The notes beneath the pieces were generated by a model. That model was not told the DNA's origin, made no database searches, and worked only from the letters and a program-made list of their open reading frames with translations. Positions 25,801-33,288 of a DNA stretch of 64,000 nucleotides are shown here, in pieces. The DNA comes from Sphingomonadales bacterium (GTDB lineage: Bacteria > Pseudomonadota > Alphaproteobacteria > Sphingomonadales > Sphingomonadaceae): positions 66,083-130,082 of the forward strand of contig JADKCA010000008.1 in the NCBI GenBank assembly GCA_016714795.1, written 5' to 3'. Both the position numbers and the translations under genes were made by a program. Within the stretch, counting starts at the first letter, position 1. Each line of letters opens with the position of its first letter.

Positions 25801-27767
25801 AAGTCCCGCGCGCTGATGTTCATCGCGCTCGACAAGCTCACAATCAGGATGTCAAACAAGCGATCATCGTCGTGCCTGAAAAGAGCATCGGCGGCAGCTT
25901 TGCCGATGAGCCGCTTTCAAAATTCGGCTTCTGGGCTGACTGGACGGTCAAGCCGCAATGGAATCTGTGCAACGCACCTGGCCCCGATGAAGAGCGCGTT
26001 GACCCCTCCAAGGTTCGCGCCGTGGGGCAGTTCCTCGCCAGCGATGACAAGGTGCTGGTTTGCACCCATGCGTCGTTTCGCTTCGCGGTGGAGCAACTTG
26101 GCATTGAGGCGTTCGACAATCGCCTGATCGCGGTGGACGAGTTCCACCACGTTTCCGCCAGTGCCGACAACAAGCTGGGCAGCCAGCTTGGCGATTTCAT
26201 CCACCGCGACAAGGTGCATCTTGTCGCCATGACAGGCAGCTATTTCCGGGGCGATGCCGTTCCCGTGTTGATGCCCGAGGATGAGGCGAAATTCGAGACT
26301 GTCACCTATACCTATTACGAACAGCTCAATGGCTATGAGCATCTGAAATCGCTCAACATCGGCTATTTTTTCTACACGGGTCGCTATCTGGGCGCGATTG
26401 AGGCCGTGCTTGATCCGTCGCGCAAAACCATTGTTCATATCCCTTCGGTCAATTCGCGCGAAAGCACAAAGGACAAGATCAAGGAAGTCGAAGAGATCAT
26501 GGAATATCTCGGCGATTGGAAGGGTGCCGATCCCGTCACCGGCTTCCACCTGGTCGAATTGCCCGCCGATGAAAACGGGAACGTCCGCACGATCAAGATT
26601 GCCGACCTTGTGGACGACAGCGATCAGGTGAAGCGCTCGAAGGTTCTGGCGGCTCTGAAAGACCCCGCGCACAAGAACAACCGCGACCATGTGGACATCA
26701 TCATCGCGCTCGGCATGGCGAAGGAGGGCTTTGACTGGATTTGGTGCGAACATGCGCTGACGGTCGGCTATCGCTCCAGCTTGACCGAGATCATTCAGAT
26801 CATCGGTCGTGCCACCCGCGATGCACCGGGCAAGGAAGTGGCGAGTTTCACCAATCTGATCGCGGAACCCGATGCGTCCGAAGCTGCCGTGGTCGATGCG
26901 ATCAACGATACGCTGAAAGCCATTGCGGCGAGCTTGCTCATGGAGCAGGTGCTTGCACCGCGTTTCAATTTTACCCCGAAGGATAACGGGCCGCTGCCCG
27001 ACTTCAAATATGAAGGTGGGTATCAGGAAGGGCAAACGAACGTCGGTTTCAACGAAGAACGCGGCCAGTTCCATTTCGAGATCAAGGGGCTTGTGACACC
27101 CAAGAGTCCCGAAGCAACCCGCATTTGCGCCGAAGATTTGAACGAAGTCATCACCGCGTTCGTGCAGGATAAGTCTGCTCTTGAGCGCGGTTTGTTCGAT
27201 GGTGCGCACGTTGGCGGCGAAACATTGGCGGAAGAACTGACCCAGCTCAAAATGGGCAAAATCGTGCGGGATCGTTACCCCGAATTATCGGGTGAAGATC
27301 AGGAGGCGGTGCGCCAGCACGCGGTTGCCGCGTTGAACCTGACCCAGAAGGCCAAGCAGCTTGCGGGCAGCGGCGATCCTGGAGCAGGCGACATTGATGA
27401 TGGCGAGGCGCGCTCCAATACCGCATTGATCGAGGGCGTTCGCAAATTCACGATTGAGGTGAAAGACCTCGACATTGACCTGATCGACCGGATCAATCCC
27501 TTTGAAGCGGCCTATTCCGTTCTCGCCAAGGCGATGAACGAAGGGACGTTGAAGCAGGTTGCCGCCGTGATCGGCAAGCGCAAAGTCAGCATTCCCTATG
27601 ACGAAGCCCGCGACCTGGCCGTGCGCGCTTTGCAGTGGAAAAAGGAACGCGGACGCGCGCCCGAGATCACGTCGCAAGATCCGTGGGAAAAGCGCCTTGC
27701 CGAAGGCGTTGCCGCCCTCGCGAAATTCCGCGCCCAGCAGGCAGCTCAAGAGTCTGCCAATGGTTGA
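22857..27767 (+). CDS. as-assembled 1636-codon ORF: MmeI/YeeA-type N6-adenine DNA methyltransferase (to ~25.6 kb) run together with the core of an SF2 (DExH) helicase (from ~25.84 kb)
   Basis: MTase: 'NGGLF', 'FDPACGSGNFLV' (motif I) and 'GNPPYAG' (motif IV). Helicase: 'AVDEFHH' and 'QIIGRATRD'. The helicase N-terminus with Walker A is in another frame (next feature). The true MTase 3' end is therefore uncertain, and a genuine fusion is doubtful. Confidence 0.75.
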   Translation: MNAVEIEEAVSELARKPFDRADFAYQFLAAFGNKETTIKRLRAAGGSNASDVPGGILQRNNIHLATCAAGEVDATLKALRDSPKTASAKAKFILATDGETLQAEDVTSDDPPIACEYAKFPDHFGFFLPLAGITTVKQIRESSFDIRATGRLNKLYVELLKDNPEWATAERRPDMNHFMARLIFCFFAEDTDIFNGTGLFTATTDQMSERDSSNTHDVISEMFRAMNTKIADRGDAKLPRWADVFPYVNGGLFSGSTEVPRFSKIARSYLINIGSLDWKKINPDIFGSMIQAVADDEERGALGMHYTSVPNILKVLNPLFLDDLRAQLEEAGDNGRKLLNLRNRMAKIRVFDPACGSGNFLVIAYKEMRAIEAVINQRRNEEERRSDIPLTNFRGIELRDFPAEIARLALIIAEYQCDVTYRGQQEALAELLPLDAQNWITCGNALRLDWLGICPPTGTGVKMQGDDLFNTPLDQAQIDFENEGGETYICGNPPYAGSNWQTIDQKEDLQRLFQQRKINWKQVDYIFGWFFKAAEFGTKTESSSAFVTTNSVNQGQIASIIWPPIFETGHEISFAHTSFKWANLASHNAGVTVSIVGISRNLTSARKLFSLADDGSTLLKLVNNINPYLIPAPNVFIEPSGESLGFSAEITDGCGALDGGNLVVTSDELAEMLTQKPSGIMEFIRPYTGSTEFIRGSLRWCVWIADEDRDNAATFPEIQRRIDATYQFRLKAGTRAQTAINRPHKFAWINQSQNEQIIVPKHFSERREYVTAGYLTNEYIVSNSATIVHNATLDIFSVISSKLHVVWVKAVAGRLREDIRYTPATCYNTFPVAQLTETDRAKLTRCAEDILLAREAHFPKTIAELYDPDDMPQNLRRAHEANDEVLERIYIGRRFKNDTERLEKLFELYTKMTQNTGKSSKPRKWQLDHDDIQTHPRSLISDRANRRIRQTQRNGYAPDAGTRLCQARRAISADQIAARIGQVPRADVHRARQAHNQDVKQAIIVVPEKSIGGSFADEPLSKFGFWADWTVKPQWNLCNAPGPDEERVDPSKVRAVGQFLASDDKVLVCTHASFRFAVEQLGIEAFDNRLIAVDEFHHVSASADNKLGSQLGDFIHRDKVHLVAMTGSYFRGDAVPVLMPEDEAKFETVTYTYYEQLNGYEHLKSLNIGYFFYTGRYLGAIEAVLDPSRKTIVHIPSVNSRESTKDKIKEVEEIMEYLGDWKGADPVTGFHLVELPADENGNVRTIKIADLVDDSDQVKRSKVLAALKDPAHKNNRDHVDIIIALGMAKEGFDWIWCEHALTVGYRSSLTEIIQIIGRATRDAPGKEVASFTNLIAEPDASEAAVVDAINDTLKAIAASLLMEQVLAPRFNFTPKDNGPLPDFKYEGGYQEGQTNVGFNEERGQFHFEIKGLVTPKSPEATRICAEDLNEVITAFVQDKSALERGLFDGAHVGGETLAEELTQLKMGKIVRDRYPELSGEDQEAVRQHAVAALNLTQKAKQLAGSGDPGAGDIDDGEARSNTALIEGVRKFTIEVKDLDIDLIDRINPFEAAYSVLAKAMNEGTLKQVAAVIGKRKVSIPYDEARDLAVRALQWKKERGRAPEITSQDPWEKRLAEGVAALAKFRAQQAAQESANG
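25642..25843 (+). CDS. helicase N-terminal segment encoded in the +1-offset frame (Walker A 'SPPASGKS')
   Basis: Track ORF 25636-26127 reads 'MTTSKP...MRQMQERAYAKRGEQYLLIKSPPASGKSRALMFIALDKL'. It then loses sense exactly where the long ORF frame gains helicase sense ('HNQDVKQAIIVVPEKSIGG'). A one-nucleotide gap at about 25839 (CTC-CAC read as CTCAC) would join them. Confidence 0.7.
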
Positions 27768-28974
27768 TCTGTCGGACGACGAATTGCTCGCAGAACTCGG
27801 CGTTAGCGTCGAGCAAAAGGCTGCACGCGCCTATACGCCGCAGCAGGAGCGGATCATCGCGGGCTTTGAGGACATTCTCAAATTCCACGATGAGCATGGC
27901 CGCGCGCCGCAGCACGGTGAGCAGCGCGACATATTCGAGCGGCTTTATGCAGTGAGGCTCGATCGCCTGCGTGAGCTGGAGGATTGCCGTTCGCTTTTGG
28001 CAGGCTTGGACAAGCACGGTTTGCTTGAGGCGAATACGGATGCCAGCCACATCGTTCCCGATGCGCTGGATGATGATGCGTTGCTTGCTGAACTAGGCAT
28101 TGATCCTGGCGGCGATGATGACATCACGCAGCTTCGCCATGTGCAAACACGCGAGGAACGGCAGGCCGCCGAAGAGATCGCCAACCGCGAACGCTGCATT
28201 GATTTTGCGAAATTTCAGCCGCTGTTTGCCGATGTGCAGCTCGAACTTGATTCCGGCGTTCGTAGCACCCGCCCTTTCGTAAAGGACGCCGGATTTCTGA
28301 AAGCCGACATCGGCGCGGGCCAATTTTTCATCCTGGGCGGTCAGACAGCCTATGTGGCTGAGGTTGGCGAGACCATTAAGGCCCCAAATGGCGAGTTCGA
28401 CGCTCGCTTAAGGGTCATCTATTCCAATGGGACGGAGAGCAACCTGTTGCGCCGCTCCCTGCAACGCGCGCTTTACAAGGATGATGCAGGGCGGCGCATT
28501 ACCGATCCAGCGGCGGGGCCGCTTTTCTCTGACAATGCGGACGAAGACGACACCGAAAGCGGGACGATCTATGTCTTGCGGAGCAAGTCCGACCATCCCC
28601 AGATCGCCCAGCACCGTGACCTGATCCACAAGATCGGCGTGACGGGTGGCAGTGTCACGACGCGCATTGCGGCAGCGGAGAACGATGCAACCTACCTGCT
28701 GGCCGGCGTCGAGATCATCGCCGAATACAAGCTGTTCAACATCAACCGGACGAAGTTGGAAAGGCTGATCCACCGATTTTTCGCTGACGCCGCATACGAC
28801 ATCCAAATTACTGATCGCTTCGGTAAGCCCGTCCGGCCCCGTGAATGGTTTCTCGTGCCGCTCCATGTGATCGACGAGGCTGTTCAGCGGATACGAGACG
28901 GCACGATTACGGAGTGCCGATACGATGCCAAGGCTGCTCGCTTGGTGCATACCTCCTTGGGAAAATTGTCATGA
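27760..28974 (+). CDS. GIY-YIG / T5orf172-type nuclease-domain protein
   Basis: ATG 27760 overlaps the helicase stop (ATGGTTGA). The C-terminal domain reads 'GTIYVLRS...IHKIGVTGGSVTTRI...NRTKLERLIHRFF...REWF'. Confidence 0.8.
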   Translation: MVDLSDDELLAELGVSVEQKAARAYTPQQERIIAGFEDILKFHDEHGRAPQHGEQRDIFERLYAVRLDRLRELEDCRSLLAGLDKHGLLEANTDASHIVPDALDDDALLAELGIDPGGDDDITQLRHVQTREERQAAEEIANRERCIDFAKFQPLFADVQLELDSGVRSTRPFVKDAGFLKADIGAGQFFILGGQTAYVAEVGETIKAPNGEFDARLRVIYSNGTESNLLRRSLQRALYKDDAGRRITDPAAGPLFSDNADEDDTESGTIYVLRSKSDHPQIAQHRDLIHKIGVTGGSVTTRIAAAENDATYLLAGVEIIAEYKLFNINRTKLERLIHRFFADAAYDIQITDRFGKPVRPREWFLVPLHVIDEAVQRIRDGTITECRYDAKAARLVHTSLGKLS

Positions 28975-30977
28975 GCAACGTCAATGTCCGTCGTTTGGTC
29001 GAGAATATCCGTTCTGGCACCAATATCTACACGCCCATTGTCGAACTGGTGGTAAATGCCATTCAGGCGATTGACGAGAAAAAGATCGCGAAGTTTGGAT
29101 TGGTCGAAATCGAGACCGTGCGTGATGGCCAATCTGACATGGTGGACAAGCTCGAATCTGTCGACGGCTTCAACGTCATCGACAACGGTATTGGCTTCAA
29201 CCGTACGCACCGAGACTCATTTGACACGCTCTATACCGAGCAAAAAATTGGCGATGGCGGCAAAGGATTCGGTCGCTTCACCTGCCTCAAATATTTTAGC
29301 AAGGTTGAGGTTAGCAGCGTATTTGAAGAAGGCGACGAATGCTTCCAGCGGTCCTTCAAAATGGGACTGGATAAGGAAATAATAGTAGCAGAGGCGATTG
29401 AGACCATCGAGCGGATCGGCACCGGCTCATTGGTCAAAATCTCAGAAATCAAATCGGTGAAATTCCCGGACAAAGGCCTTGAGATCATTGCTCGTGTCAT
29501 TGTCGAAAAGCTGCTGCCCTATTTTGTTGAAAGGGATGAGGCTAAAAAGTGCCCCCGCATCGTAATTCGGGAGGCTAAGAAGCCTGACACCAATATCGTG
29601 CTCAATGACTATCTGGGCAAAGCGGACAGCCAGATCGTTGAGATGCCTGTTGCCAACGGCAAATTTTCACTGTCCTCGCCCGATGGCCCCAAGGAATTCG
29701 AGGTCCGCGTTTTCAAATTCTACTCACCGCGGGAAAGCAAAAGCAAAATCAGTCTGGTTGCACATCGGCGTGAGGTGACGGAAACGACGCTGCAAACATA
29801 CATCCCGGAATTTGCTGAAGAGTTTTACGAGCCTGTGCCCGAAGGTCGGGACCGCAATTTTCTGATTAAGGCCTATGTGTTCGGCGATTACCTCAATGAT
29901 AACGTTTCGTTGGAAAGAGGCGAATTCCGCTTTCAGACCGAAAGCGATTTGTCGGGCGGGATCGCGCAAAAAGACATCGAATACAAAGCCGCCGAAATCG
30001 CCCAAGCCGCAGTAGGATCGGAGATCGCTGCACGCAAAGAGCGAAAGCAGCAGACCATCGAACAATACGTCGCTACGGAAGCGCCTTGGCATCGTTTGAC
30101 GATAACCCAAGCCGACCTGAGCGACCTACCTTATAAGCCTACTAAGCCACAAATCGAAGCGCATCTCCAAGCCAAGAAATTTGAGACCGAACTGCAAACT
30201 CGCACCCAGGTTGCGGCGCTTTTGGCGGACGATAGCCACGCCGACCTAAACGGTAAGGTCGAGGAACTGGTCAAACGGATTTCAGAAACTAGCAAGAGCG
30301 ACCTCATCCATTATGTCTCCATGCGGAAATGCGTGCTCGATATCTTCGAAAAATCCCTCGAACGGGACGAGCAAGGAAAATACAAATCCGAGGGTGAGGT
30401 ACACGACATTATCATGCAGCGGAAAAAGGATTCGGACGAGATCGATTGGGAGACCCACAATCTTTGGATGCTAGATGAACGCTTGAACTTTGCTGCCTAC
30501 GTCTCTTCCGAAAAGCCTATTAACGCGGGCAATGGAAGCCGCACTGACATCACCATTTTCGATAAGCGAGTTGCATTTCGTGGTGAGAATGAGGCGAGCA
30601 ACCCGATCACCATTTTCGAATTCAAAAAGCCGTCAAGAGATGACTTTGCCAATCCTTCATCCAAAGAAGATCCCGTCCAACAGATCATTCGATACGTGAA
30701 CCAAATCCGCGACGGTAATTTCAAAACCCCCAAGGGCCGCGAGATTCTGGTAAACGAAAACACCCCCTTTTACGGCTATGTCGTGTGTGAGCTGACGCAA
30801 AAGGTGAAGACTTGGCTGGATCGTGAAAAGAATTTCACGCCAATGCCTGACGGGCTGGGCTGGTTCACCTGGTATCCAAATAACCGCCTCTACATGGAGG
30901 TTTTGAGCTGGGATAAAATTTTGAAAGACGCTGAGATGCGCAACAAAGTTTTTTTCAACAAACTTGGACTTGAGTAA
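28971..30977 (+). CDS. GHKL (Hsp90/MutL/MORC-like) ATPase with C-terminal PD-(D/E)xK-like domain
   Basis: ATGA overlap with the upstream gene. 'ELVVNAIQA', 'DNGIGF' and 'GDGGKGFGRF'. The C-terminal part has 'RTDITIFD...ITIFEFKKP'. Visibly AT-richer than its neighbours. Confidence 0.75.
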   Translation: MSNVNVRRLVENIRSGTNIYTPIVELVVNAIQAIDEKKIAKFGLVEIETVRDGQSDMVDKLESVDGFNVIDNGIGFNRTHRDSFDTLYTEQKIGDGGKGFGRFTCLKYFSKVEVSSVFEEGDECFQRSFKMGLDKEIIVAEAIETIERIGTGSLVKISEIKSVKFPDKGLEIIARVIVEKLLPYFVERDEAKKCPRIVIREAKKPDTNIVLNDYLGKADSQIVEMPVANGKFSLSSPDGPKEFEVRVFKFYSPRESKSKISLVAHRREVTETTLQTYIPEFAEEFYEPVPEGRDRNFLIKAYVFGDYLNDNVSLERGEFRFQTESDLSGGIAQKDIEYKAAEIAQAAVGSEIAARKERKQQTIEQYVATEAPWHRLTITQADLSDLPYKPTKPQIEAHLQAKKFETELQTRTQVAALLADDSHADLNGKVEELVKRISETSKSDLIHYVSMRKCVLDIFEKSLERDEQGKYKSEGEVHDIIMQRKKDSDEIDWETHNLWMLDERLNFAAYVSSEKPINAGNGSRTDITIFDKRVAFRGENEASNPITIFEFKKPSRDDFANPSSKEDPVQQIIRYVNQIRDGNFKTPKGREILVNENTPFYGYVVCELTQKVKTWLDREKNFTPMPDGLGWFTWYPNNRLYMEVLSWDKILKDAEMRNKVFFNKLGLE

Positions 30978-31257
30978 CTTTCGGGCGCTGCCTTTGGCGG
31001 TCCGCACTATTCGCTTAGCAGACCAAGCCCCTTATCCTGCCGCCCACGCGACGCGTTGGCCCGGGCGATGGCGAAAACAGATCTGGCGATACCGATAGCC
31101 ACCTGACGGACCAGGTTCTACTGGACGATCTCCGCAATAAGGGCCAGCTTCTTTGGTGGCATGATCGCCCAGCGACGAAAATCGAACAGAGGATATGACA
31201 GTGTCAGAAGAGGCGGCCGTTCGCCTGCGCTCAGCGGATCGCACCGCCCCTCCATGA

Positions 31258-33288
31258 TTAACCGTTGGCAATTCTACGGAACAAAGGGATCCACGGGTGA
31301 TTCGCCTTGCGCGACGCCGTATGAAGCAGCGGAAGGCTGTTGTTAGGCACCGTATTGGGCAGCACGAGCAGCAATGCCTGTCCGCCATAACCCAGCGGAT
31401 TGTCTGGATAGATGTTCGCGCCGATCTCGGTAGCGAGTGACTTTGCGCGATCGTATTCGTCATGCCCCGAAAAAACACCCGTGGCACCCGAGAAGGCAAA
31501 CAAACTGCTTGGTAGTACATCGCCGGTCCGAAAGTCCACATCGGGATATTCTAGCGATTTGAGTGTCTCGAGGACCCTACGTCGCCCATCCTCAGTTGCA
31601 AAGAGTGAACAGACCTCGACCCTCAGTTGGTAACGGGTGAGCAACTGGGCGTGACGTTCGACGAAGGCCTTCATCTTCTTCGAAAGTGTCCCTCCGGTGC
31701 CCACGATGTCATCGACGATCACGATCGCCTTGGGCGTTCCGTGCTTTGCCGCGAAGCGTTCGAACTCCTCCTCGAACGCGGCAGGCGAGAGGATGCCAAG
31801 CGTCTCGATTAGATTAGCCTCGGCGTAGTCCGAAGCGTATCGCTGTCCGCTCTTGCCCTCTCCGTCCACGTAGGTCAGTACGACGTCCGTTCGCTTCTCG
31901 GCGCGACTGCGGCGCGAGGGAACGCCGAGCACATCGCGTATGACCTGTCCCGCCTGCCTGAGCCGAACGAGGACCTCATCCTGACCGACGATCCGTACCG
32001 ACTGCAGAAGCTCGAATAGCACGCGCTGATCGCGGTTCCCCGGCCTCTGCTCAAGCCAGCGCCTCACGGTTTCGGGGCCGACCTGAGTCCCGCAATAGGG
32101 TTTCCAACGTTCGGTCAGCCCCACGATCTCGGCCGCTTGAACGTAAGCCTCGTCATCCAGCTTCTGCTGCAGACCGGCCAGCTCTGCCGACAATCCATCA
32201 TTCGCAAGTCGACTAACGCCGACCTCCAGCAGCCAGCGACGGAAGATTGGAAGAGCGACATCGAAGCCCGCGTCGGTCTCGACCAGTACACCGCGGTCCA
32301 CGAGGTTGTTCAGCACGGGTGCAAGCTCCACCTCGTCGATGGCGCTAGGGCCTCGGTGCGCCTGGATAGCTTGAAGAGTCGCCGGCTTCTCAGCCCGAAG
32401 ACATCTAGCTACGGCGGCCAGCGCGCGTCGCCTCTTGAGGATGACCGCCTCCCGATCCTCGACGGCGCTCGCAGTCCCATCCTCCCACAGGTGCATGAAG
32501 GCGTTCGTGTCCAGTGCCGAGACGTTTCTCGTGACCGCGCGTTCGACCTCCCGCGCGGTGATGTCCCCGTCGCGCTCGGCGACGGCTGCGGCAGCTACCT
32601 GCTTGCAGATGATCTTACTGAAATACGGATTGCCGTTAGTCATGTTGAACACAGCTGAGATGGCATCCGCATGCCAGGTGAGCACGTCCTCGGAGGGGCC
32701 CCTGATCATGCGCGTGAACTCATCGAACTCCTGACTGCGTGAGAAATAGGTCAGGTTCACCCGGTTGAACTTGTTCAGCCTTGCACCCTGACGTTCCATT
32801 ACGAACGGCATGTTCTCACCGCCGACCAACAAGAGACTGAAGTTCGTACTGGTGGTCAGAGCGCGAATGTTGCCAAAGAGCGTGACCGCCAAGTCGCCGT
32901 GAAGCCAGAGCGCCTCCGGCATCTCATCGAACTCGTCAATGAAGATCGCAAACCGTCGCGCCGGATTGCGGTCGCGCGCGACGTCGAGAAGATCCATCAG
33001 CGGCGCGAGGCTGCCGTCGTATTCCGCGCTCGCGGGAGCTTCGCCGTCGATGCCCTCGAGAACGATGCGTTCCATCGCTCGGCCGAGCTGACTCATCGAG
33101 CGCCTCGGATCCTCATGCGCGACGCGGCCCCAAAGAATTTCACCCGTCACAAGCTCGCCTTCATGGTCCTCGGCGCGCGCCTCGGCCATTGCCGTCCGCG
33201 CGAGGGACGTCTTGCCGACTCTCTTCTGGCCCGTGACGTAGGATGGCTCCATCGGACGTTGAAGAAACCGCGCGACCAGCGTCTCCAC
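31258..33288 (-). CDS. AAA/STAND-like ATPase - winged-helix region - C-terminal phosphoribosyltransferase (PRTase) domain
   Basis: Walker A 'GQKRVGKTS', Walker B 'AIFIDEFDE' and PRPP-loop-like 'IVIVDDIVGTGGTL'. The same frame reads on upstream of GTG 33288 as '...WNPYSTEPAEGPGFYGRKEQ', the typical pre-Walker-A motif, with no start codon. It is therefore probably fused to the next ORF. Confidence 0.75.
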   Translation of the reverse strand: METLVARFLQRPMEPSYVTGQKRVGKTSLARTAMAEARAEDHEGELVTGEILWGRVAHEDPRRSMSQLGRAMERIVLEGIDGEAPASAEYDGSLAPLMDLLDVARDRNPARRFAIFIDEFDEMPEALWLHGDLAVTLFGNIRALTTSTNFSLLLVGGENMPFVMERQGARLNKFNRVNLTYFSRSQEFDEFTRMIRGPSEDVLTWHADAISAVFNMTNGNPYFSKIICKQVAAAAVAERDGDITAREVERAVTRNVSALDTNAFMHLWEDGTASAVEDREAVILKRRRALAAVARCLRAEKPATLQAIQAHRGPSAIDEVELAPVLNNLVDRGVLVETDAGFDVALPIFRRWLLEVGVSRLANDGLSAELAGLQQKLDDEAYVQAAEIVGLTERWKPYCGTQVGPETVRRWLEQRPGNRDQRVLFELLQSVRIVGQDEVLVRLRQAGQVIRDVLGVPSRRSRAEKRTDVVLTYVDGEGKSGQRYASDYAEANLIETLGILSPAAFEEEFERFAAKHGTPKAIVIVDDIVGTGGTLSKKMKAFVERHAQLLTRYQLRVEVCSLFATEDGRRRVLETLKSLEYPDVDFRTGDVLPSSLFAFSGATGVFSGHDEYDRAKSLATEIGANIYPDNPLGYGGQALLLVLPNTVPNNSLPLLHTASRKANHPWIPLFRRIANG

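Noticed and set aside
25917-27209. 430-codon minus-strand ORF
   Set aside because: It is antisense to the helicase core (DEFH, QxxGRxxR motifs on the plus strand) and its composition is nonsense.
22857-27767. Reading the 1636-aa ORF as a natural MTase-helicase fusion protein
   Set aside because: The ~70 residues joining the two parts are low-complexity out-of-frame text. The helicase P-loop segment is encoded in a different frame over exactly that interval. A fusion would be a Walker-A-less helicase.
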